A stretch of DNA of 20,000 nt, taken from the IMG/VR virus record IMGVR_UViG_3300027714_000006, one strand, 5' to 3'. The stretch is from an uncultured virus (IMG/VR IMGVR_UViG_3300027714_000006) (Duplodnaviria; Heunggongvirae; Uroviricota; Caudoviricetes). Positions 9,254 to 17,935 of this stretch are shown here, one piece after another (within the stretch, counting starts at the first letter, position 1; each line of letters opens with the position of its first letter). Both the position numbers and the translations under genes were made by a program. Below the pieces are notes generated by a model. The model saw only the letters and a list, made by a program, of their open reading frames with translations. It made no database searches and was not told the DNA's origin.

Positions 9254-9470
9254 CGATTTGATAACAAATTCATATCACCAGTTTTGTTTTCTAGAAACAA
9301 AAAAAGATTATTATTTAGAAAACGGAGATGTTATAATGACGGAACAATACCATGTGAAAAGAGGTACTTGTTGTGGTAGTGGGTGTAGACATTGTCCTTT
9401 TTCACCACCCAACCAAAAAATGAATACACAATTAAGGGAAGGTATAGGAACTTATAAAGATAAAGAATAA
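9240..9470 (+). CDS. Small Cys-rich protein, DUF5522-like
   Basis: DYYLENG..IMTEQYHVKRGTCCGSGCRHCPF fits the DUF5522 pattern RGxCCGxGCRHCP[YF] as recalled. Confidence 0.8.
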   Translation: MKRSDDLITNSYHQFCFLETKKDYYLENGDVIMTEQYHVKRGTCCGSGCRHCPFSPPNQKMNTQLREGIGTYKDKE

Positions 9471-9480
9471 ACCTTTAAGG

Positions 9481-9494
9481 TATTTATAATAAAA
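9481..9494 (+). promoter_or_regulatory. Putative phage promoter motif TATTTATAATAAAA at the start of the baseplate genes
   Basis: Starts 20 nt before ATG 9501; identical to 1225-1238. Confidence 0.6.
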
Positions 9495-9500
9495 TAAACT

Positions 9501-9959
9501 ATGGCAACTAACGGTACATTTGGTATAAATTTTCCTTTTCGTGATAGTGCGAAGGGGTACTATATGGATATGACAGAATCTCCAGCGGCAGAAATACGAG
9601 CTGATTTTATACATTTATTGTTAACTAGAAAAGGTACAAGGTATTTTCTTCCTGATTTTGGTACAAGGCTATACCAATTCATTTTTGAACCTATGGATGG
9701 TCGTACCTTTGATGCTATAGAAGCTGAAATTAGAGATTCTGTTCAAAAATACATCCCTAATTTAAAAATAGATAAAATAACAATTACTCACGCAGCGGAA
9801 GCGGAAGATACTGAAGGGACTTTAGTTACAACTAACGATGATAGGGTGTATAGGGTAGCTGGTGCTGGTACTGATGAATACACCGCGAAGGTATTAATAG
9901 AGTTTACAATAACAGAGAGTGCATTTGAAACCAGAGATTTCATAATAATAAATTTATAA
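9501..9959 (+). CDS. Baseplate wedge subunit, gp25/GPW-like
   Basis: GINFPF, LLLTRKGTRYFLPDFGTRLYQFIFEP and I...VQKYIP motifs of the GPW_gp25 family. Confidence 0.9.
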   Translation: MATNGTFGINFPFRDSAKGYYMDMTESPAAEIRADFIHLLLTRKGTRYFLPDFGTRLYQFIFEPMDGRTFDAIEAEIRDSVQKYIPNLKIDKITITHAAEAEDTEGTLVTTNDDRVYRVAGAGTDEYTAKVLIEFTITESAFETRDFIIINL

Positions 9960-9960
9960 G

Positions 9961-11802
9961 ATGGCAGAGAAAAAAATATCATACACTGAAAGAGATTTTT
10001 TAGGGTTAAGGAACGAACTATTAAGGTACACAAACGACTATTACCCTGATTTAATTCAAAACGCTAACGACGCTTCATTATTTTCTGTATTTTTAGATTT
10101 AAATGCTGCGGTAGCGGATAACTTACATTATCATATCGATAGAAGTGTCCAAGAAACCGTTCTACAATTTGCTCAAGAAAGAAGTTCTCTTTATAATATA
10201 GCAAGAACCTACGGTTTAAAAATACCAGGTAATCGACCTTCAGTGTCGGTAGTGGACTTTAGTATAAATGTCCCAGTAAGGGGTGATAAAGAAGATGCAA
10301 GGTATTTGGGTACCCTACAAAGAGGTGCACAATGTAAGGGGGCTGGACAGGTTTTTGAAACAGCAAGTGATGTTAATTTTGCTTCACCATACGACTCAAG
10401 TGGGTTCCCAAACAGAACAAAAGTCCCCAATTTCGACTCAAACGGGAATATTGTAGATTATACCTTAACTAAGAGAGAAGTTGTGGTAAATGGTGTTACA
10501 AAGGTATTTAAAAGGGTAATTACCGATACTGACGTTAAACCGTTTTTAAAAGTTTATTTACCAGAAAGAAATGTTCTTGGTGTTGTTAGTGTGATACAAA
10601 AAGACGGTAATAATGTCCAAGCACTACCAAACCCAAGTGAATTTATATCATCACCTAATAAATGGTATAAAGTGGATGCGTTAGTAGATGATAAAGTTTT
10701 TATAGTTGATTCCACTAAACCTACGGGTAAAGCGGGTATAAAGGTAGGGAAATATATAACCACCGATAATCGTTATATGACAGAATATACACCAGAAGGT
10801 TTTTTCTACTTAACTTTTGGTGGTGGATTATCCTCTAACCAATCAACGCTAGATGATTTTATGAATCAGACTGGTTATAACCTAGATTTAAACAAATACA
10901 TGGACAACCTATCTTTAGGGTTAGCACCTAAAGCTAATACCACCCTTTTTATACAATATAGGGTAGGTGGTGGAAAAAACACTAATTTAGGTAATAACGT
11001 TATTAATACATTAGGGTTGTATAATTTTTCATTAAATGGTCCTAACGGTAATATCAATAACTCAGTAGATAACTCCTTAAAGGTAACGAATATAACAGCA
11101 GCTATTGGTGGAGCTAGTATGCCTTCCATAGAAGAAGTTAGAAATTATGTTTCCTTTAATTTTGCAGCACAAAATAGAGCAGTAACAATTAATGATTACA
11201 TCGCCCAGATAAGAAAAATGCCTAGTGAATTCGGAGCTCCAGCAAAGGTGGGGGTTGTAGAGGAAGAAAATAAAGTATTGGTTAAGTTATTATCTTATAC
11301 TCCAGAAGGGGCACTAACTTCTAGTGTTCCCAGTGTCCTATCTCAAAACGTAGCTAATTATTTATCTGATTATAGGATGTTAAACGATTATATATCTGTG
11401 GGTTCTGCTGAAGTTATAGACCTAAGGTTAGAAATTTACTTATACACAGATAAAGGGTTTAACCAAGGTCAAATAGTGACTAATGTGATTAATACTACAG
11501 CGGATTTCTTTGTACCGAGTAAAAGAGAGTTAGGTCAAGACATTTTTCTTGGTGAATTAAGTAAAGAATTGGCACAATTAGATGGGGTAATTAATATAAT
11601 TGAAATAGAATTATATAATGAATTAGGTGGTCAATATTCGGATGGACAAGTCTCACAACCTTACTCTAATGCGACAACTAGACAAATTAGTTTAATAGAC
11701 CAGACCATATTTGCCCAACCAAATCAAACTTTCCAAGTTAGATATCCAGACAAAGACATAGTAGTTAGATTAAAAAACGCCGACCAAACTAATATATCGT
11801 AA
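9961..11802 (+). CDS. Baseplate wedge protein, T4 gp6 / baseplate J-like
   Basis: YTERDF..LRNEL, LHYHID....E..LQFAQERSSLYNIA, LTFGGG, IQYRVGGG, AAIGG and QNRAVTINDY motifs; directly follows the gp25-like gene. Confidence 0.88.
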   Translation: MAEKKISYTERDFLGLRNELLRYTNDYYPDLIQNANDASLFSVFLDLNAAVADNLHYHIDRSVQETVLQFAQERSSLYNIARTYGLKIPGNRPSVSVVDFSINVPVRGDKEDARYLGTLQRGAQCKGAGQVFETASDVNFASPYDSSGFPNRTKVPNFDSNGNIVDYTLTKREVVVNGVTKVFKRVITDTDVKPFLKVYLPERNVLGVVSVIQKDGNNVQALPNPSEFISSPNKWYKVDALVDDKVFIVDSTKPTGKAGIKVGKYITTDNRYMTEYTPEGFFYLTFGGGLSSNQSTLDDFMNQTGYNLDLNKYMDNLSLGLAPKANTTLFIQYRVGGGKNTNLGNNVINTLGLYNFSLNGPNGNINNSVDNSLKVTNITAAIGGASMPSIEEVRNYVSFNFAAQNRAVTINDYIAQIRKMPSEFGAPAKVGVVEEENKVLVKLLSYTPEGALTSSVPSVLSQNVANYLSDYRMLNDYISVGSAEVIDLRLEIYLYTDKGFNQGQIVTNVINTTADFFVPSKRELGQDIFLGELSKELAQLDGVINIIEIELYNELGGQYSDGQVSQPYSNATTRQISLIDQTIFAQPNQTFQVRYPDKDIVVRLKNADQTNIS

Positions 11803-11850
11803 TAATAGTTTACATAGGTAGGCTTTAATTTAATTTTGATTCTAAGACAT

Positions 11851-11861
11851 AAACTATTTAT
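11851..11861 (+). promoter_or_regulatory. Putative phage promoter motif AAAC-TATTTAT
   Basis: TATTTAT at 11855 starts 22 nt before ATG 11877. Confidence 0.55.
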
Positions 11862-11876
11862 CAGGAAAGACTTTGT

Positions 11877-14800
11877 ATGCAGAAAAGCCATAGAATTAGA
11901 ACAACACCTGGTGTTGACCAAAATATAAATGTTACATTAGAGCAAGATTTTGATTTATTAGAAATTCTAAGTCTTAAACTAACACAGTCTGAGGTATACT
12001 CAAGACTATGTGCTGATTTTGGTGTTGTAGTTGGTAGGGTACTCGCAAATGGTGGGTACGGTATCCCAAACGCTAAAGTAGCTATTTTTATCCCTTTATC
12101 GGATATAGACACTGCAGACCCACTAATTGCAGAATTATACCCTTACAAAGAGACTACAGATAAGAATGGTTTAGGTTATAGATATAACTTACTTAGTTCA
12201 GCTAAACAAGGTAATTGCCATACACCAACAGGAAGCCTACCAACAGAAGAACAGTTCTTACTAGACCCTCTATTATTAGAGGTGTATGACAAATACTACA
12301 AGTTTACCGTTAAAACAAATAAAAGTGGTGATTACATGATATGGGGCCTCCCACTTGGTGTACAAAAAATACATCTTTCTGTGGATGTGGGTGATATAGG
12401 GTGTCATTCAATGAAACCTATCGATTTTATCGTAAAAGGAGTGTCTCCAGATAAATTTAAAAGTTATTCGGAGTTTAAGGCATCGTCAAACCTAGATACT
12501 TTACCACAAGTTATTATACAAGAAAAATCTATTGAAATTACACCGTTTTGGGGTAGTAAAGATTTATGTAATATAGGGATTACTAGAGTTGATTTTGACT
12601 TAAGAGATTCTGGGGTTGAAATACAACCTACATCTACTTTGATGGGGGCCATATTTAGTGATGATAATGCTGCTTCTGTAAACGTAAATGGTGCAGTAAG
12701 TAGGTATCAAGGTGAAATGTGTTCTTTAACTACAGGACCTGGTACTATAGAATCGGTAAGATTTACTATTTTTAATAGAAAAGACCCAGTTACTGGGTTA
12801 GAAGACGGTAAACCACATTTAGAATATTTTAATTTAGAAGGTACAGCTAAAGTTATAGATAGTGGTGGGGCATTTACTGTACAAGTACCCATGAACTTAG
12901 ATTATATAATAACTAATGAATTTGGTGATGAAATTATCTCCTTAGATGATTCCGTAGGAATCCCAACTAGAGGGAAATACCGATTCAGAATTGGTCTTGA
13001 TAGTTCTTCAGTGGGGGGTAAAAGAAAAGCGAAATATTTAGTACCTAACATTCATGAATATAATGTGGCGGGACTTAGCTCAACTGCTGACCCATCATCT
13101 AAAGTACACGGATGTTCTTACGCTTTTAGTGATAATATAGACGATTATTGTGGTTCACCACCCGCCGCCTGGCAAACTGGTGTTGTAGCTACAGGTAAAG
13201 ACTATTTTTATGAATTTTATTCCGATAAAGTATATACCGTTAGTGGTTTTATAGATAGATGGAGAGGGGGTGGAAATTATAATAGGTGGAAATTTTTAGG
13301 TATAAAAAGTATAAACCCATCTATAGAGTCTAAATGTACTGACGCAACTAACGAAATACCAGCTAATGATGCTTTTAGGGGTGGTACTTACTTATTTACA
13401 GTCATCCAATTCCAAACCATAGCACAAGGGGTTACAATATTTTTTAGCTTTTTCACCGTATTCTTTGTTTATTATAACGCTTTTACGGTATACATGAATG
13501 ACATCTTAACTGGGTTATCACAAATTGCTAGTTATGCGGCTGGGACTGTAGTTGTAGGTTTAGCTGCGGCCGTTTCTTCTATCGTTAATCTTGCGTTAAT
13601 GATTATATGGACAGCCTTACAATTTGTTATTAATAACTTAAACTTTATTATGATTCAGGCTGTGATAAATAACACTAGATGGAACTTACCTTTAGTGAAT
13701 TACCCAGAATGTGAATCATGTAGTTGTGGTGATTTTTATACTTTTAAAACACCAGGGATTGTAGGGTTTTTAACAGATATAATTGCCGACATATTCAATA
13801 CTGGTGGTGAAATGGCTGATGAGGCATTTGAAACAGGTGATGATACTGTTGATGCACCAGATTGTAGTGGTGTTGTTTCTTTAAGAGACAACGACCCTTA
13901 CGTCGACCAAGGGTGGGGGTTTAATGACCAAAGTTCATGGATGAATCAGTATGGTAATAGTGTACTTGGTGAATCTTTAAAACCTAGAGGGTGTTATAGT
14001 TTTATGTGTGGTGATGGTCCCTCTAGTGTAGTTAACACAATGTTTGCTTACTTAGTAGTATGTACTGCGTTAGCTTTTATTCCGTTTACCGCAGCTGTTG
14101 GATGGCAAACGGCTTATTACGGTATTATGGCTGGGAAGATTGTAATGATGATAACATTAATGACTAATTTGACTAGATTATTCTTTGCTATAAATGAGTG
14201 GAGAGTAAGAAGAAATATTTATGATGGGTTATGTCAAGGAGTCCCAAACGGAACATTATCTAATACATGGTTAAGAGGTAGTTTATACCACTTTAATTTT
14301 AAAAATAATAGGTATATGAGTAACGGTCTCCCAACCGAAGAATATTGTGATTCTTTAATATGGAAAGACCCTACTTTACCAGTATCTGGAGGGACATATT
14401 ACTACCGTTCTACCCCAGCAGAGATGTTATCCTCAACCAGTTTACTTACCGCTTTAGATGGACCTTTCGACGGGTTCCAAAAAACCAATGGTGGTATAGT
14501 AGAAAGTAGAATATTATTCCCAACAACAATTGTGGAACTAGGTCCTTTAACTTTTTGTGCTACAAATGACTGTCTAGAATGTTTAACTGGGGACACAGAA
14601 TGTTATTTATTAGAAGAAATAAGAACGAGTAGCCACCAAGACTTTTCTGAAATTATAGAACATACATTTAATTGGAAATTAAATAAACTGGATTTTTGGC
14701 AATTACAATTTACTAATATAAATAGATGGTTTGGCCCTTCACCTATATGGGGTGGTTCAGGTAACAATAGAAAAAATAGATTATTGGATGGTGATATTAC

Positions 14801-15311
14801 ACAATTAATAGCACAAAATTGTGAATTTGGTAACGCTCCATTTGAAAACCCACAAGAAAACCCATCTAACCCATTCTACTCTATAGGTACAACAAGTGGT
14901 GTCCCTTATGGTTTCGACTTAATAGGTAATGCTGGTAATCACGTAACCGAAAGAAGGTCACGATTTAATCTTATACAAAATAACCCAAGTTTAAGGGATT
15001 GTTTACTAGGCCCACCGGAAGGGTACCTTAAATCACAAACTATACCGTACTACCAATGGAAACTTCCAGGTACAGGAGGTTATGGTGATTGGGATAATAA
15101 TTGGAATGTGACCCAGATATTCGGAGATTTCAGCCAACCAGGAAATTTTGCTGTTCAAGGTGTTGACCCCATATATATGGGTTTCACAGCTAACACATCG
15201 GTAAATGAATATAGACTAAGTCATTTTCACCAATACTATTTTGGTTTAAGAAGAGGTGCAAGTGCTTATGATAATCTAAGAAGACGTTATTTACCGGTTA
15301 CAGATGAATAG
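11877..15311 (+). CDS. Large putative baseplate/tail structural protein (1144 aa) with an N-terminal beta-sandwich and internal hydrophobic blocks
   Basis: GVVVGRVLANGGYGIPNAKVAIF...VKTNKSGDYMIWGLPLG resembles a carboxypeptidase-regulatory/prealbumin-like fold. Hydrophobic stretches lie at about aa 505-597 and 718-772. It follows the wedge genes. Confidence 0.75.
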   Translation: MQKSHRIRTTPGVDQNINVTLEQDFDLLEILSLKLTQSEVYSRLCADFGVVVGRVLANGGYGIPNAKVAIFIPLSDIDTADPLIAELYPYKETTDKNGLGYRYNLLSSAKQGNCHTPTGSLPTEEQFLLDPLLLEVYDKYYKFTVKTNKSGDYMIWGLPLGVQKIHLSVDVGDIGCHSMKPIDFIVKGVSPDKFKSYSEFKASSNLDTLPQVIIQEKSIEITPFWGSKDLCNIGITRVDFDLRDSGVEIQPTSTLMGAIFSDDNAASVNVNGAVSRYQGEMCSLTTGPGTIESVRFTIFNRKDPVTGLEDGKPHLEYFNLEGTAKVIDSGGAFTVQVPMNLDYIITNEFGDEIISLDDSVGIPTRGKYRFRIGLDSSSVGGKRKAKYLVPNIHEYNVAGLSSTADPSSKVHGCSYAFSDNIDDYCGSPPAAWQTGVVATGKDYFYEFYSDKVYTVSGFIDRWRGGGNYNRWKFLGIKSINPSIESKCTDATNEIPANDAFRGGTYLFTVIQFQTIAQGVTIFFSFFTVFFVYYNAFTVYMNDILTGLSQIASYAAGTVVVGLAAAVSSIVNLALMIIWTALQFVINNLNFIMIQAVINNTRWNLPLVNYPECESCSCGDFYTFKTPGIVGFLTDIIADIFNTGGEMADEAFETGDDTVDAPDCSGVVSLRDNDPYVDQGWGFNDQSSWMNQYGNSVLGESLKPRGCYSFMCGDGPSSVVNTMFAYLVVCTALAFIPFTAAVGWQTAYYGIMAGKIVMMITLMTNLTRLFFAINEWRVRRNIYDGLCQGVPNGTLSNTWLRGSLYHFNFKNNRYMSNGLPTEEYCDSLIWKDPTLPVSGGTYYYRSTPAEMLSSTSLLTALDGPFDGFQKTNGGIVESRILFPTTIVELGPLTFCATNDCLECLTGDTECYLLEEIRTSSHQDFSEIIEHTFNWKLNKLDFWQLQFTNINRWFGPSPIWGGSGNNRKNRLLDGDITQLIAQNCEFGNAPFENPQENPSNPFYSIGTTSGVPYGFDLIGNAGNHVTERRSRFNLIQNNPSLRDCLLGPPEGYLKSQTIPYYQWKLPGTGGYGDWDNNWNVTQIFGDFSQPGNFAVQGVDPIYMGFTANTSVNEYRLSHFHQYYFGLRRGASAYDNLRRRYLPVTDE

Positions 15312-17058
15312 TAATAAATTAAAAATACAAGTAGGGAGTAAGAAATATGTTGGTTCACAGGATGAAAACATTATAGTTAATGCTCCACTAGAGACACAAT
15401 ATAGGGAATTAATCCAAGGGGATAGGACGGTAGATGTAGCTCAATCGCAAAGGTTTTACATTGAGAGACAGTCTACTAGCATTTATAGAGTGTATGGTAA
15501 ATTTTACAGTTTGTTAAATAATACTTACTCTGGTACGTCAGACCCCTCACAAACATCGATATTCCAAGAATTATATTATAATGACCCACCACAAACACCA
15601 TGGCCAGGATTCCCACAATTCAAAGAATTTTCTTTAGTAAGGGATGATATGGATGAGTATTCTGCCGATAAAACTAATTGGAATATCCATGTGAGTTACC
15701 CAGATTCGTGTGCTCCGGACGAACCAATGGCCTACCAAATAGATAGTGACGGTGACTTAATTGGTGATACCACTTTAAATTTTCTGGCTTCTGACGGTAT
15801 ACCGTTTAGGGTGGAAAATGTTAGTGTAAACGGTAAAGAATTAATTAGATTTCATTGTGGTGCACCACACGGATTAAATGAAGGGGAGTTTGTTGAAATA
15901 AACTTTCACGGAGCATACACCTTTACCACCAACATGCCTGCACAGATACCAGTCTATAGTATTGGTTCCTCGTCATACAGGTCAAAATTAAACGTCTTTA
16001 ATGTCAGTGTTTCTCAAGCATTTGGTTCTACACCACCACCAAACGATACATTAGGTACATTTGTAAGGATGATAACACCAGGAGAACCAAAGAGTCGGTC
16101 ACAATATTATGTGGTATGGCATAAAATATTAACTATGGTTGATGATTGTGTTATTAATAGGTGTGGGTTTGAAGATGGTGTATTTAAAACAAAACAAAAA
16201 ATTGAACAAGTAGTACCTAACGAATTGTCAAAATGTAGGTTAAGTGTTAAAAACTCTTATCCAGCTTATGTATATTCGTTTACTAGGGATATTGACGTTT
16301 CCGAACTTAGAGATGTACAATTAAGACCACTAACTAAACTATACGTTACCGTAAATTTAAGGAATAAAAAGGGGTATTTTGATTATCCACACAATTATGG
16401 TTGGTCATGGAATTTTCCAGACACTTATTTAGATACTACAGTTAGAACTGGGTACGACGGTGTTAACCCTAATAATGTAAACGTACCTTCTACCCCGTAC
16501 GCAGCTACACCTTTTGTCGGTGGAGACCCATTAGTGATTGGTGATAGGATAAGAGGTGAATTCGTAGAATACAATATCTCTGAATTAAAAGAAAGAGAAA
16601 TATCCAAGATACACCATAAGTTCAATTGGAATCAAAATGCTTTTCTTATAGACTTAGCAAATAATGGTGTAAATGACACTAATAATAGTGAAAAAAGAGG
16701 TTACACGTATTCACCACACTACGAAGTCCCTATAAGGGTTTTCTCTTCTTATATTGAAGAAGGTGACCCAGAAAACATCTCTAAAGATGTTAATACTCAC
16801 ATAGATAAAGACTCAATTCCTGGATATGCTACCTACTTTACTAGAGAAGGTTTATGGAAGTGGAGGGACCTATATGATATAGGGTTTTTAGAAGATGGTG
16901 TGTTAGGTGTGGACTACCCATATATGAATGGGTCTCATTACCCTAAAACAGATGTTAGGTTTTATATAAAAAGACAGGTAGGGCAAGAAGTTTATGAAAT
17001 GAAAACCTTAACAGGTGATAACCCACTAGAAGAATTTACACAAGATGACTGTCAATAG
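15304..17058 (+). CDS. Putative tail/baseplate structural protein (584 aa)
   Basis: Overlaps the previous stop by 8 nt; aromatic/Pro/Asn-rich; contains a HGLNEGEFVEI motif of the type seen in phage tail beta-barrel inserts. Confidence 0.7.
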   Translation: MNSNKLKIQVGSKKYVGSQDENIIVNAPLETQYRELIQGDRTVDVAQSQRFYIERQSTSIYRVYGKFYSLLNNTYSGTSDPSQTSIFQELYYNDPPQTPWPGFPQFKEFSLVRDDMDEYSADKTNWNIHVSYPDSCAPDEPMAYQIDSDGDLIGDTTLNFLASDGIPFRVENVSVNGKELIRFHCGAPHGLNEGEFVEINFHGAYTFTTNMPAQIPVYSIGSSSYRSKLNVFNVSVSQAFGSTPPPNDTLGTFVRMITPGEPKSRSQYYVVWHKILTMVDDCVINRCGFEDGVFKTKQKIEQVVPNELSKCRLSVKNSYPAYVYSFTRDIDVSELRDVQLRPLTKLYVTVNLRNKKGYFDYPHNYGWSWNFPDTYLDTTVRTGYDGVNPNNVNVPSTPYAATPFVGGDPLVIGDRIRGEFVEYNISELKEREISKIHHKFNWNQNAFLIDLANNGVNDTNNSEKRGYTYSPHYEVPIRVFSSYIEEGDPENISKDVNTHIDKDSIPGYATYFTREGLWKWRDLYDIGFLEDGVLGVDYPYMNGSHYPKTDVRFYIKRQVGQEVYEMKTLTGDNPLEEFTQDDCQ

Positions 17059-17935
17059 ATATAAAATAAGAGTGGACTCAAAGGAACAAAAAGTAATCTT
17101 ACCCCTAAGTTTAGATTTTGATGACGCGGGGAGAGAAGATTTAATAAAAACATACGAAGATGATGTATTAAATAAGGTTATAGGTAAGGCTAAAGATTAT
17201 GAAGTAACAAGGTATAGACCATCAGAAAACATGGACCCAGCGTTGGGGGTACCGGACCCATCACCACCAGTATATTATAAGTTCTACTTCCAAGACCCAT
17301 CCATAGGGGTACCCACTAATCCGGGTAGTTATTTTACTTTTCTCGGACCACCAAACGAATCAGCTTACGAAACACAAGGGTTTACAAGAATGCAAATGTA
17401 CCAAAATGATAAAACCTTTAAGAAAAGTTTTTTTAAAATGGATTTTTACGATTCACCTAATAGGAGTGACCAAACTTTATACATGTCATTGATTTTAAAC
17501 GCGACAATGTCCGAGAAACAAATAATGGATACGGTAGATTTTAACAATGATGGTATACCTGACCCTCCTGTACTAGACCCGTTTAACCCAAATAAAGTAA
17601 TTATTGAAACCAGAAGAGACGTTAATATACCAGAATTCATATTAACAACAAAAGACGAGGGGTACTATATACATTGGTTGAAGGATACCAAATTATTAGA
17701 TATAAGAAAGTTCTATATGTCGGCTCAATTTTATAATGGTATTAGGGGGGAAGTGGTCAAGTTTACCAATAAGAATCCAGCTCCATTATTACCCACAACA
17801 CAACCAGCTAGTTCATTCTTTTATGAAGTACCTATAAACACAACAAATTTTACCTATACGGTTCAATTAGGTGGTACCAGAGTAGGGTTAACACCAGCAT
17901 CACCCATTGAATTTTATCAATGGACCACAGCATAA
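17045..17935 (+). CDS. Putative tail/baseplate structural protein (296 aa)
   Basis: Overlaps the previous gene by 14 nt; beta-rich and Pro-rich; contains a DFNNDGIPD motif. Confidence 0.7.
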   Translation: MTVNRYKIRVDSKEQKVILPLSLDFDDAGREDLIKTYEDDVLNKVIGKAKDYEVTRYRPSENMDPALGVPDPSPPVYYKFYFQDPSIGVPTNPGSYFTFLGPPNESAYETQGFTRMQMYQNDKTFKKSFFKMDFYDSPNRSDQTLYMSLILNATMSEKQIMDTVDFNNDGIPDPPVLDPFNPNKVIIETRRDVNIPEFILTTKDEGYYIHWLKDTKLLDIRKFYMSAQFYNGIRGEVVKFTNKNPAPLLPTTQPASSFFYEVPINTTNFTYTVQLGGTRVGLTPASPIEFYQWTTA

